Translations under genes and position numbers: made by a program
Notes under the pieces: generated by a model
Told to the model about the DNA's origin: nothing
The model's input: only the letters and a program-made list of their open reading frames with translations
The model's database searches: none
Source of the DNA: Antedon mediterranea
Taxonomy: Eukaryota > Animalia > Echinodermata
DNA: 64,000 nt
Reading direction: 5' to 3'
Assembly: GCF_964355755.1 (NCBI RefSeq)
Contig: NC_092674.1
Location: 4,340,001-4,404,000 of the forward strand
Shown: piece after piece, positions 23,643-36,305 of the stretch
How the letters are laid out: each line of letters starts with the position of its first letter
Numbering within the stretch: position 1 is the stretch's first letter

Positions 23643-23712
23643 CTATTCAATAAACGATAACAGCATTTTATTAAGGATATACATAGTTGAAACTTACTAT
23701 GCTAATTACTAA

Positions 23713-23835
23713 AGCTCTGTCTATAATATCAAAAACGTGTGATGTGCCCAAATATGGTAGTGATATGATATCATCATGTCCATATATGGGCAAATCACAT
23801 TTTTTGTCACATAAAGTTTGATAGTGTAGACAGCT
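23713..23835. mobile_element. MITE family 1
   Basis: Both TIRs present. Confidence 0.8.
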
Positions 23836-24082
23836 TTAGAAAGAAAGCTAAAGATAGCAACTCCTCAGAATTTACAGTAAACTCTATTACATTGTTCAGG
23901 GGAAAATTCCCTATTAAGGGGACGCTTAATGAATGTATGAGGGGAAATATACGTTTTAACACTACTGCCAACAACTATTCAGGGAACACTTAATGAAATG
24001 TATATGGGACGAAATATGTTTTAACACTACTACCAACACCTATTCAGGGGACATCATATATAACAATAACAAGAATAATTAC

Positions 24083-24175
24083 CTGTAAAGCGACCATGTC
24101 TGGCTTGTACTGTCTCCTGAATGAAAGCTGGAACATTAAAAACTGTAACATCTGAAATGATTCTTCCTCTTCAGT
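24083..24175 (-). CDS. TBC1D1: TBC1D1/4-like exon (TBC domain)
   Basis: TEEEESFQMLQFLMFQLSFRRQYKPDMVALQ; phase 0-0. Confidence 0.95.
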
Positions 24176-24260
24176 CTAATATAAGAAAAAAAAACCCAAA
24201 CAAAATGATTATGAATACAGTACAGTAGTAACAGTTGGACACTTTCAGAACCCAAACTGA

Positions 24261-24412
24261 AGATCTGTCTTCACTATAAAACTTTATGTGACAAAACAAT
24301 GTGATGTGCCCATATATGGACACATATCACTACCATATTTGGGCATATCACTACCATATTTGGGCACATCACACTTTTTTTGTCAAACTAGTTTGATAGT
24401 GTAGACAGAGCT
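24261..24412. mobile_element. MITE family 1
   Basis: Both TIRs present. Confidence 0.85.
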
Positions 24413-24916
24413 TAGAGGTATGGTCATAGGTGAAAGAGTTAAAACATATAATGTCCTATTCAGTTTAGAGGAATCACCTGACAGTATGTCCCACAGGAGG
24501 GATTCTGCTGTAGTCAATTAATTATTTTACTATACTTTAACATAGCCTTGGTTCAGATTTTAATAAATCATATTCAAAACAAATTGAACTTTAAAAGCAT
24601 CATGGTTAGCCCTCAAGCGTTGTCAAATTTGTCAATGTCGTAATGATTCAACTAGTACTAATATTTAACTTCTCTTTCAAATAAATTACACGGTCGTGAA
24701 ATAAAAACGGTACTTTTTTTTAATGTAATTATAATAGTAATAATAAATTTGGAACATAGAAAAAAGTTTTAAGAGAGTTTTTTCATCCTAAAAACTGTAC
24801 AACTGTAATTTCAATAGTATTAATAAATTTGAAACTGGAAAAAAGTCTGATTTTAGGTTTTTTTTTTTTTATAGTTTTTATGGCCTAGTTTCAGGAGGTT
24901 GACTGTTAACACTTAC

Positions 24917-25068
24917 ATGCATAAGTAATAGACCAGCTACAAAGCTAAGCCCCTGACAGTAGCCAACCTCTGCATCCAGTAACGAGTAGGCTTTTAAAAG
25001 GTTAAATAATGATAGCTGACCACGTCCAAGTGGGTTTGAGAAATACGGGTGAGTTGGATATGTACGTC
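24917..25068 (-). CDS. TBC1D1: TBC1D1/4-like exon (catalytic Arg and Gln fingers)
   Basis: [51 protein letters not shown]; IxxDxxR and YxQ motifs intact. Confidence 0.97.
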
Positions 25069-25526
25069 CTGCAAAAACAAATTAATTACAGGTTTAAAAC
25101 TATTTTTTATGGACAGACACACTGTATTTTTTTTAGTATATTAACATAAAAAGAATCAGAACAATATTATAAGTGTATTTAGAAGTTACACTTTTGAAAC
25201 AGTGGCACACTTCTTGAATGAATATGCGTCCAGAGTAAAAGTAACAATATTATAAAAGATACTGCACAATATTGATTAGGGATGGATCATGTCAACAAAT
25301 ATTCTACTGCAGTTACTGCAGTAATCAAACCATTTCAAACTCTTTAACCTGTTTATGCGATAAATATTTAGTAAGCTTTTTAAAAAAAAAAAAAATTCTT
25401 GTACATTTTTTATTGCAGTGCTTCATAAACTTATAAATTGAAATAAACTAAAACCATAGATTATTGCAGTAAAAAATTAGTTACTGCAGTAACTGCATTC
25501 TAATCATTTTCATGATGATCCCTTAC

Positions 25527-25679
25527 CTAAATCTATAAGGATTGCATGTTGATGTGTTGTTAGTTGGCTCAGTAAGCTGTTGTATCTTGGCATATCATCA
25601 CATTCTGTTATCGTGTTTGAGATCATATACTGCTCGGCAAGAAACAGCCAAATCTCTCCTCGTTTCTGACGTGGTACAC
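25527..25679 (-). CDS. TBC1D1: TBC1D1/4-like exon (Rab-GAP TBC domain)
   Basis: GVPRQKRGEIWLFLAEQ...HQHAILIDL; phase 1-1. Confidence 0.95.
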
Positions 25680-25885
25680 CTAAATAAAGATTGAAAAACA
25701 ATTGTCACTTTACAAATGCAATTTAAAATATCGAAACTAACATAGAAGTATGGCACAGTACATGTTGAAATTAACCCTAGCCAAAGTCTAGAGATACAAG
25801 TGCCAGGTTGGTGAACTTGAGGTTGGGGTTTGAATTATCATCTTGTTTGTACATACACACTACTTCTTAACCCCTAGCCATCAGA

Positions 25886-25960
25886 GCAAGCTCGGTGGTC
25901 TGAAGGTATGAGCGCTACGCTAGTAATCTGGAGGTCATGTGTTCGAGCCCCACCTTTGCA
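25886..25960 (+). pseudogene. tRNA-like sequence (tRNA pseudogene or SINE head; Thr-AGT-like loop)
   Basis: A-box-like tggtctgaagg, B-box gttcgagcc, ctagtaa anticodon-like loop, terminal gcaag/tttgc pairing. Stems imperfect. Confidence 0.5.
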
Positions 25961-25973
25961 TATGTTTACTAAC

Positions 25974-26135
25974 CTTCTCTAACAGCATCAGCTATGAGGT
26001 ATGGATCAAACCTAACTCGACTCCGGTCCGGTTTTGATAGTATTTTCTCCCATGTTCTCGTCACATCTTTCAGACATGGAGTGATTTCTTCGTAATCTAA
26101 CTTTTGGCGTTTTAAACTTGCTATGTCCTGTGAAA
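25974..26135 (-). CDS. TBC1D1: TBC1D1/4-like exon (pre-TBC region)
   Basis: KRQKLDYEEITPCLKDVTRTWEKIL closely matches TBC1D1 KLDYEEITPCLKEV; phase 1-1. Confidence 0.92.
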
Positions 26136-27433
26136 CTTAAATAAAAATGATAAAATTTATAATTTCAACATTATGTTTATAAATGTAATCTAAATAATTG
26201 ATTAATATCATTATCTTTTTAAACCACAATAGGAACCAGTCAACTCTCCCAATACCTTTGGGCTGGCCAAAATGCTTAGTTTTCCAGAAATTCTGGTATT
26301 GGGAATGTGTTTTTAATTTTAATGGTAACAATTAATTTGGGACTGTTTGGACTTGGGAGAGTTTCTGATTTTCAGATAGTATGGTATTGGGAGAGCTGAG
26401 TTGAGTTGTATAAGTTTCTAAAAACAAAGAAATACTTTATAACACTGCAGACACTTCTAATAATGATATATGAAATCTATTTTCTGAGATAAGAGCCGAT
26501 TACTATTTTACTTTGCAGGTTTCAATGTGTATTGTCAAGCCTAAAATCATGATTCTTCTACTATTTCAAGCAAGTGCAAATTTAATTGATACTGAAAGTG
26601 GGTAGTTTAACATAAATTGCAATGGATTTAAATATATATCATATGAAGTGACAATGCATGGTGTGAATTGTATTGAATACTGTATATGAATCATCAACAT
26701 TAAAATAAAATGTTTTAATGAAAAAAACAAGAAAGTCAATGTTCCAGAAACCATCATGAAAATGATTTTTAAGAACAAATGAGCAAGTACAAAGCATGCA
26801 GAAATAAGTAAGAACCACTAAAGGGTGTAATTAATTAATTAATTAATTATTTAATTAATTACTGGTAATTAATTAATTAATTAAAGACTGAAAAGACTTT
26901 GATGAATCTGAAAAGACTGTGATGGTTTCAAAATGTTGTTTTTTTCCCCATAGTATGCATCAATCTTAAAAAAGCATCCCAATTTGGAGACTATATTAAT
27001 GGAATACTAAATCACACGTTTGTTTAGTAAAACAATATATATTATACAATTTTCATTTACGAAAACAAAAATATAGGAACACGGTACAATTTTTGTCCAA
27101 GATAAGAGATAATAATAAGATTCCTTCATGGTTAAACTAAGGAAGCTGAAATAGATTAAGACGCACCCTTAATTTAGGTCAAATTTGCGTGTCAAAAGTG
27201 CGACTTATACACCTAAATATACGGTAACAGTTGGAATGATAATGCAATTAAAGAAATCAATAATTGAGGGGCAAAGTACTTTGAAAATGTTACTATAAAA
27301 TTAGGATCGGATTTCTAAAGCAAAGGCAGAATGTCTGATGGTTTTGTAAAATCTTGGGGTGATGGAATAAATAAATAATTAACAATAAAAGAATATAAAA
27401 AAAACAAGGTTAAACTATTAATACAGGTAAAAT

Positions 27434-27715
27434 ATTATACAAATAATGAATGTTTATGAGTGCAATGGTACAAATAATGGCACGAGGTGAATGATGAAAG
27501 GTTAATATAACCTTTCATCATTCACCAAGTGCCATTATTTGTACCATTACACAAATACAAAACATTCATTATTTGTTTTATATAACATCTAAATAACAAA
27601 CAAAAATGTTTCAAAAAGTACTATTTAACGATCGTTGAATAGTGCGTACTATTGCACGCCATGTGACCCACATTCGTCCAATCAAATGACAGGAATTTAT
27701 ATAGGTGTTATATAA
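27434..27715. mobile_element. Palindrome-headed non-autonomous element (Crypton-like)
   Basis: Near-perfect ~138-bp palindrome 27439-27576, then inverted repeat ttatataacatcta / taggtgttatataa with ccaatca before the distal arm. Confidence 0.6.
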
Positions 27716-27773
27716 AATCTTATATTCATTATACTGTACATGGATTCAAAGAAGAGAAAACATGTACATGTAA

Positions 27774-28053
27774 AGCTCTGTCTACACTATCAAACTTTAT
27801 GTGACAAAAAATATGCCCAAAAATGGTAGTGATATGCTAATATGGTACCTGTAGTTATATGACATCATAATGTCCATATATGTGCATTTGTTTGGTTTTG
27901 TTTTGCCCTATTGTTTTTTCCCTTTTTTATGCTGTTTTTATTCTTATACTTGTTATGTATTTTTTGACAAGTTTTTACACGCAATTTGGCCACGAGATGT
28001 AAATTGGTCAGTATTTTTTAAATAAAGAGAATATAAATATAGTGTAGACAGCT
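27774..28053. mobile_element. MITE family 1 interrupted by a retroelement 3' tail
   Basis: Left part 27774-27886 and right TIR remnant atagtgtagacagct are separated by a T-rich insert ending in aataaa. Confidence 0.65.
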
Positions 28054-30739
28054 TAAGTAGACAAAATACAAGATTATTCAGCATTTATGAGATATTAAAA
28101 TGTTTGCAATCATATTACGTACTTTACACACCATTACCAACTGCTATCTTAAGCATCATTAAAAAAAAACACCATCAATAAATTTCATTTTTTAATATTG
28201 TATCATAGAAACTAATCCATTTATAATCTATTGTAATTACAGTCTGAAGGATGTAGAATAATATATGTTTTACAGGGACATAATTTATATGAAGACTAGA
28301 CAATAAAAAAAATCGGACACAATAGTATATTGATCACCAGACAGTTGCTCAAATATTCTACAATTACTATAACTGATATTTATTTATTTTCACAATCAGA
28401 ATTCAAAATAATATTTTATTATATTAAATAAATTAATGGTTGGAATATTGAAATCCATTTGTAAACATAGCAAAATTATTCTACTGCACTTACTGCAGTA
28501 ACTACATATTTTTACTGCAATATCATCATATGATTTCAATGTATGCTTTTGATTAAATTAATTGCAGTAAACACTGTGCATGATTAGATACTGCAGTAAC
28601 TGAACAACAAATAACAAACAAAAACGATTTGAATAAAGCCCATAAAACGGGTGCGTTTATACTGTCTAACATGTAGCATGTTATTGTTAGCAGGCTTTAT
28701 AGGAAAAAATAGGGTAGAGATGGTCTTTAAAAAAACAATTATTTGTACAGTAAATACAAAAACACTGGTTTAATAAAAACATCATATCAATATGGGACTT
28801 TTTTTATGTTTAAAAAGCTAACCCATTATAGTATTATTTAACATTATATGAACATGACTAAATACCCTGGGAATACAAGGAATTATACTGATACTTCATA
28901 TGAGGCCTAGATTAGCTCTTTAAATATATGATGCTCATGCAATATATAAAAAAAGGATGCAAAATCACAGTGACCTTTGACCTGTATTATGTATGCATGC
29001 AAGGCACCGGATAACCAGATTATGGGATGAATTGATTCGTGTTAGGAATCCTTATGTTAAATTTTGTTCGCTAGCGATAGCATAGTGTTGAAGGTATTTA
29101 ATCAAATATTCATTTATCCATGTCAAAAGATAAACCATGCTGAATCCATTACAAACAGAGATGATAAGAAACAAAATATATAATGTGAATAAATCAGAAA
29201 AGAATGTAAATATGCAAATTTGTATATAACACCTGTGTTTATGTATATACATACTCAAGTGGTCTGTTAACAAAGAATGATGGGATGAATGAATGGATGG
29301 ATTCATACGATAATTTAATGTTTAGATAGTTTTAGTCATGGACATGCAATACGAAAACAAATTACTTGCGGAAAATAAAATAGTTAAGCATGATCTAAAA
29401 CAAAAACAAAGTACTGTAGGCCTATGAATCAGCCACACTCGGCATGAGCATCATGGGAAGAAAAAGATGGACTTATTATATTGACTGGCATGAATAAAGC
29501 AAGATATAGCTGAAAACACGTCAAAACTCATTTGAAAATAATGAAAATATTATAACATAAAAAAAAGGGCTTGAAACAAATAGGCCTACAATAATTGCAA
29601 AAAATAAACAAAAGACAACAATGATGAATACAAATTAATAAAAAAAACATGTAACTGTTATTCATAATTTCATGCAGAGTTTTTAAATTTTAAAGTTTAA
29701 AGTTTTTTAAAGTTTCTATTTAACGTTTGAAGTTTCCTTTGTTTAATAACAAAATTATGTTAACATAAAATTAATTTCATAGTAACATAGTTACTAGGGT
29801 GAGAAATTGAGACAGTTATTTGTGCACAACCGGTTTGCATTGTGTTTGCCTATCTCCAAAATAAACATAATTCATATAGATCAATCAACAGTTAAAATTG
29901 ACAGACAAAATAAAATTATTGTTTCTTTTGAAGTACATCACAAATATTCTATTCTATTCACAAATTAATATATTCATAATCATATTCTTGTACAAATATT
30001 GTGACATAAACAATAATACAGTAGTATGTATTGGTAGTACTTTGATATTTGACGACGCATGCTATAGTAGTATAAAATATAACTACGGCGAAAACATATT
30101 AAATTATTAGTTATATTAAAGTACATGTAGAATAAAATATTAGAATTTGAAATTATACTCCACAGAAAAAAAAATAATTTCATATGTTGCAGAAATGGAT
30201 ATGAGATGCTTTAAGCAAAACCTATAATTTCATCAAATTATTTTATGGAAAGCAAAAAAGTGTGACCCACTTTCACAGCAGGTTTTGATTGGCTGAATAC
30301 TGAGTGATACATATTTTTTATTATTTCAAGTACAGTAACATCTCACACTTTACATAGTTCTGTCTTGTAAGATTTTGAAATTATGAAATTCAATTTGTAT
30401 TATAAATAAAACAGCAATTTGTTTTAATGGATCACAATTGTGACATCCCACCCAGAATACTACTAATTAGTGACATACATATGGTGTCCGTGAAAAAGAA
30501 AATTTGAGGTGTGTTTTTTGACAGACGGATATTTTGAATGAAAAGTAATGATTTACTTCAAAATTAATTATTATTAATAAATTTGGAAGATGTTACTGTA
30601 TCGAAACTGTTTTCTTCTACAACATATTATTACTATTTTTCTCCTCAGGATGCTGCGTTAAATTTGCAATTATAGCTGACATGAGCACTACATACATAAA
30701 ATAATTAGTAAACAAAGAATTTAACAACAATTAACGTAC

Positions 30740-30772
30740 TATCTTCAACCTGCAGCATTTCTGGCAAAGAAT
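30740..30772 (-). CDS. TBC1D1: Candidate 33-nt in-frame microexon of TBC1D1/4-like gene
   Basis: ttcttctttttcttttag|ATTCTTTGCCAGAAATGCTGCAGGTTGAAGATA|gtacgt; phase 1-1; encodes DSLPEMLQVED. Confidence 0.45.
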
Positions 30773-31140
30773 CTAAAAGAAAAAGAAGAAGCTTTCAAGA
30801 GCCTCAAGAGTTTATGAATTTATTTATCTCCTAGTATTATTTATTATTTTCACGCGGCTCCTTTACGGAATCATTAGAAAACAGTTAACATGCAGTAGCT
30901 TATTGCTTACTACGGCTCAAAAAATGGTTATTTGGAAACTTGGACTGGGCATGCTCAAACCCAAAAGCAAGTCTGGGAGAAGAGAGTTGAGACATGTTGT
31001 CTACCTGTTCAATAAGCAATGTTTTTGTTTGGCTGTCAACGTTATTTATCATTGAACAATGGTCAAATCCTTCTTCTATAGTTTTGGCGAATGTATACTC
31101 CAAAAAGTTAAGCGGCGTTTCTTGTAAGAAATATTTCTTG

Positions 31141-31370
31141 TTAATTAAAGAAATGAAATGGAAATTGGCAGCACACATAACAAGAATACCGGAAAATATA
31201 TGGACAAAAAGAGTCACAGAATGATAACCAAGAACTGGAAGAGGATAAAAGAGGAAGTGGAGAGATAGCATTTGGAGATATCTTGGAAATTCAAACTGGT
31301 CATACTATAGCTTCAGAGAAAACGTAATGAAAAATGGATGACATGATCTGTGATGATGAGGATAATGATA
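31141..31370 (+). mobile_element. RTE-clade LINE 3' remnant
   Basis: Translates to KWKLAAHITRIPENIWTKRVTE*.PR...RKWRD, typical of an RTE ORF C-terminus. (gat)-rich tail; in-frame stops. Confidence 0.7.
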
Positions 31371-31792
31371 ATTCTTTATACTGAATGATACTACAGTACT
31401 AAAGCATTGATTTCCAAAGTGGTTCAGTAGAAAATTAAAAACAATAAAATTAAGTTGAGAAATAAAATAAAATAAACTTTTGAATTCACGTCAGTCGAAG
31501 AAAACATTTCAAAATATAAATATGTTTATTCAAGATTTTATATCATTGAAAATGTCAAATTTGTTTTTCCAGGACTTTTTTCTAAGAACTGTATGCATGT
31601 TGAGTTGATGTCATGTTTTTAAAAACTTGCCATTAGTAAAGGTAAAGAAGACATGACAAAGCTATAGGGAAAGTGTGTTGTTTGTTTGCAATTCCTCGTA
31701 AAGTATGAAAATACATTGACACTGCCTATAGCAAATGTAAGAAGAAAAAACTGGTTTTTTAGATGTATGTCAGTCAATACCTTTTTAAAATT

Positions 31793-32095
31793 GGGTGAGT
31801 GGCTGTGCGGTTAAGACAGTAGAACCATAATTACGTAATTAAGTAATACATCGGCAGGGGTTCGAGGCTCACTCGCTCCATGGTTCTGGTGGTAGAACGA
31901 GTCTTCTCAGATAAGGACTATAAACAGTAGAGATCCAGTGTACACATTCAGCTCATGTGCACTTTAAAGAACCTAGTACATCTTTCAAGATGAGTAAGGG
32001 ATTAACCTGGTGTACTAGTGGTACACACACAGTCACTGATCATAACTGGGTCCTCTTGGAGAACAGTCTTGGACTGAAGAGGTCACCCAGTACAA
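31793..32095 (+). mobile_element. tRNA-derived SINE with Deu/Nin-like core
   Basis: A box gtggctgtgcggt, B box ggttcgaggct. Core gtcttctcagataaggactataaac..gtgcactttaaagaacc. Homologous copies at 36122 and 45274. Confidence 0.8.
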
Positions 32096-32844
32096 TGAAA
32101 TAATAGTAATAGTAGGGCTATTATTAGGAATTTTTTAAGTGTAAACATTTGTTGGTCACTTTGGTCACGAAGGAGTTCTACTGTGCTTTATGTTGAAAGT
32201 ATGTAAATTATACAAATTTTATTACCCATATCCTATTATATAATGTTAAGTATAATGTGGAATTTTATACTCATATTTGTATATTAAATTACAAAGGATT
32301 GAAAATATAACCCTGCCTGCCAGTAGAAATGTTAAACAAATCTGCTGAATCAAAATGAAAACGATTAAAGTATGCTATATATGCCTGACAGCTTCTATCT
32401 AAACTGAACTATACATAAAATGCTATATGTCATCTACAGGGATGAGACGTCACATGAAATTCCAGATACAGTAGCTACATAAAATGCTATGTCATCAAAC
32501 TACAGGGATGAGATGTGAAATATTGACGTATGGATGCCAGATAGTTGCATATGAAGGAATAAGATGCTGACCGCAATTAAGTTTACTCTAGATATAGTAT
32601 AGATGAAATGTCATACATGCAGCAGCCATGATATACATTATACATGACAGTAACATGTACAAATTACAAGATTTCTATTTAGAAAAAACAGAGATAATAA
32701 CTGTAATTGGTTTAGCTGGCATGCTACTTAGCGCGTGTAATACAGACATACACAATATTGGTATAAAGCAAGTTTACTATATGTCAGAACAGACCTATGT
32801 TAATTTAGTGTACTATTGAAGTTGCTTTTGTGATGAGAACCTTC

Positions 32845-32994
32845 AGTTATGTCTATACTATCAAAATAAGTGTGATGTACCCAAATATGGTAGTGATATA
32901 CCCAAATATGGTAGTGATATATCTTAGTGTCGATACAGTATATGGGCACATCACATTTTTTTTTTTTCAAATGTTTGATAGTGTAGACAGAACT
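32845..32994. mobile_element. MITE family 1
   Basis: Both TIRs degenerate. Confidence 0.78.
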
Positions 32995-33044
32995 TGACAG
33001 ATTTGAAACCAGAACACTGAGGTGTACTTTAAAGAGCTCCAGAA

Positions 33045-33711
33045 TATTTTACTGTTCAGTATGCTGCTACTGTATTTTACTGTTCAGTATGCTGCTACTG
33101 TATTTTACTGTTCAGTATGCTGCTACTGTATTTTACTGTTCAGTATGCTGCTACTGTATTTTACTGTTCAGTATGCTGCTACTGTATTTTACTGTTCAGT
33201 ATGCTGTGCTACTGTATTTTACTGTTCAGTATGCTGTGCTACTGTATTTTACTGTTCAGTATGCTGCTACTGTATTTTACTGTTCAGTATGCTGCTACTG
33301 TATTTTACTGTTCAGTATGCTGCTACTGTATTTTACTGTTCAGTATGCTGCTACTGTATTTTACTGTTCAGTATGCTGCTACTGTATTTTACTGTTCAGT
33401 ATGCTGCTACTGTATTTTACTGTTCAGTATGCTGCTACTGTATTTTACTGTTCAGTATGCTGTGCTACTGTATTTTACTGTTCAGTATGCTGTGCTACTG
33501 TATTTTACTGTTCAGTATGCTGCTACTGTATTTTACTGTTCAGTATGCTGCTACTGTATTTTACTGTTCAGTATGCTGCTACTGTATTTTACTGTTCAGT
33601 ATGCTGTGCTACTGTATTTTACTGTTCAGTATGCTGCTACTGTATTTTACTGTTCAGTATGCTGTGCTACTGTATTTTACTGTTCAGTATGCTGTGCTAC
33701 TGTATTTTACT
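33045..33711. repeat. 28/30-bp minisatellite, about 23 copies
   Basis: tattttactgttcagtatgc(tg)tgctactg repeated, two length variants. Confidence 0.97.
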
Positions 33712-34558
33712 AGCCTACAAGATTTGCAATGCATTGTCAGCTTTAACTTGCAAAGTGAAAGATCCGACATATTTGCATACAAGTGAATGTAAATACAAGT
33801 AAAAGGTCGATGCATGTTAGCAGAAGCTATGCGGGATAATTAATTGATTACACATAGCCTAGAAGCATTTCAGTATCATATGCAGATTATCTAATGTGTT
33901 AGTTCACTATCAATTCTATTAATATTTCTTAAGAAGCTGGGGTGGATTGTAGAGATCGGTACTAGCCTAAGAAATATTTTTTTAAATAATAAATTGCTAT
34001 CTGAACTTGTAAAAACTAGCTGCAATTAAAAAACCGTTTTTGACATGATAGCTAAAAGTTAAAATACCTCACAAAATTGTTTAGGGTGCAAGTTGTTTTA
34101 TAAATTCGGTCTTTAGTAATCAACACTAAATTACTATAGCCCTCTTTTACACTGTATTCCATTTTAAATGACTTGTTAATTCTCTTTATTTGTGAGTTAA
34201 AAAATGGTGAGAACACAAAAGTTCAAGTAGATTATAACAATACATAATTTCTGATCAAAAATAATCAATAAAAAAATATACCATGAAACCATATGAACCA
34301 TATTATCATGAAAGACCATATTAATCAATTAAATTTAACCATTATTTTGATAATTAGTAAAATTAAGCTGAAATTAAAGCAGCAATAAATAAGAATAGGT
34401 CAAGAATATGGAACAGATGTTTTGATTGGATCGGCCATTAGTACACACAACAGCCTTCCTACTTACAAAAAACCTAAAGATTGAAAAACAAAAGGCAATA
34501 AACTTTCCATTGAGATAAAAATAAAAACAAGTTGATCTCTTAATCTAGAGGATCTTAC

Positions 34559-34741
34559 CTTCAATTCGTCGGTTTTCACGTTCCATTCGTATCAGAATAA
34601 TCTGTTCCATGATCACTTTTCTCCAGAGGGCGCGTATCATCGCGCGGGTCTTAAACCGTGTTTCATGTTTTTTACTATCGACTTCATCACCCTGAGAACT
34701 GTTTTCATTGAAAACAGATTCTTCGGTCTCTTCACTTATTT
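34559..34741 (-). CDS. TBC1D1: TBC1D1/4-like exon (calmodulin-binding-like helix)
   Basis: IRALWRKVIMEQIILIRMERENRRIE resembles LWxKAIxQQILLLRMEKEN; phase 1-1. Confidence 0.9.
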
Positions 34742-34952
34742 CTAAAAATATAATCAATTAAAAATATTTATTACTGACTCTACAAAAACTGCAAAAGTCA
34801 ATTACAAATTTAAACTATATGATGAATATGAAAAAACCATTGATTCTCGACAGGAGTTGAACATAAGACACAACATTTTGTAAGCAAACATATTTAGCAG
34901 CCCACTAGTACCAATAAACAGTACTTTAAATAGTAGAAGGGGGCACCTCTAA

Positions 34953-35112
34953 AGCTCTGTTTACACTATCAAACTTAATGTGACAAAAAATGTGATGTGC
35001 CCATTTATGGACATGATGATGTCATATCACTACCATATTTAGGCATATAACTACCATATTTGAGGAAATCACACTTTTTTTGTCAAACTAGTTTAATAGT
35101 GTAGACAGAACA
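34953..35112. mobile_element. MITE family 1
   Basis: Both TIRs present. Confidence 0.85.
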
Positions 35113-35303
35113 TTAGAAATTGTCCCCTTAATTAGCCCCCAACCCCTCCCTTTCCTTTCCTTGAAAAGTGTTCCCTAAATGCATGTAAAAAGGTATTTAA
35201 CAATTACGCATACAAAAATGTTACATTATGTAAATAGGCCAAAAACAGTGATCAATTCACATTGGTTGTTTATCTTGTGTATAAAATTAGGCCTATAAGT
35301 TAA

Positions 35304-35900
35304 AGACCCATTCCCAACAATTTGTGACGTTTTGTAAAAATAATGCATATATATTACTTTAAAAACATTAAACCAGGTCATTCCTTGTCTTATGTGCGTT
35401 TTATGGTAAATTATGATAAAAAGAGAGAAACAATGCAGCACCCAAGTAGCTCGTGGTAAATTACCTCTCGTCGGCTGTCTTTAGGCCTAGCCTAGCTAGG
35501 CTTAGTTTTGTATGCCTAGCCGGTAAACATCGGTAACCTACAAACATCGTACGCAAGCTATATGCCTAGCCAGACGTTGTATAGTTGCTGCATTAATTAT
35601 CTTTCTGTTTTTGACAGACTCTGTTGATACAAATTGGGGGAAACCCAGTATTTTCACTGAAAATTTAGGAGTCTTCTATTTGTTTTGACTTCACAATTGA
35701 TCGAAAAGTGGATAAATTACAGAAGAAAAGGTTGGGATTTATAGCGGGCCGCTAAAATTATTAGAATCGCCTTATTTTTCATATTTTTACCCATTTAAAG
35801 ACGAAAAAAGTTATCTCAATAGAACCATATAGTGTTTATTTTTACATTAATGTAGTTTGTGATCTTAAATTAGATCTAAAAAACGTAGGGAATGGGCAAT
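35304..35900. mobile_element. Possible Kolobok-like non-autonomous element
   Basis: ttaa|agacccattccc ... gggaatgggc inverted ends; right TSD degenerate. Confidence 0.4.
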
Positions 35901-36121
35901 GAACTATACATTGATCATAAGAATCTATATTCCAGTTCAAAGTAATCTTATTTTATTGCCTCATCACTGCCTGTGTCATCATGAAATATGATTCTGTCAG
36001 ATATGCTTTTAGACGTCTTGTGAGACATTGTAAAGTGGCATCGTCTTTTAATATTCCAAACACGATATGACTCTGTACGCTCCATCTCTCTAGTGACTAT
36101 GAGTTATAAGCTTAAGCTTTG

Positions 36122-36305
36122 GAGTGTACACAACTAGCTCGTGTGCACTTTAAAGAACCTAGTACATCTTTCGAGACGAGTAGGGGGTTACCCAGTTGTA
36201 TTAGTACATCACAGCCACTGATCACAAACTGGGCCCTCTGGGAGACCAGTCTTTGACTGAAGAGGTTACCCAGTATAAATATATATTTCAATCAATCAAT
36301 CAATC
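36122..36305 (+). mobile_element. 5'-truncated copy of the same SINE with (atca)n tail
   Basis: gtgcactttaaagaacctagtacatctttcgagacgagtagggg...gactgaagaggttacccagtataaat. Confidence 0.8.

Noticed and set aside
33022-33802. Three long hydrophobic ORFs (198-254 aa)
   Set aside because: They are translations of a stop-free minisatellite in all three frames.
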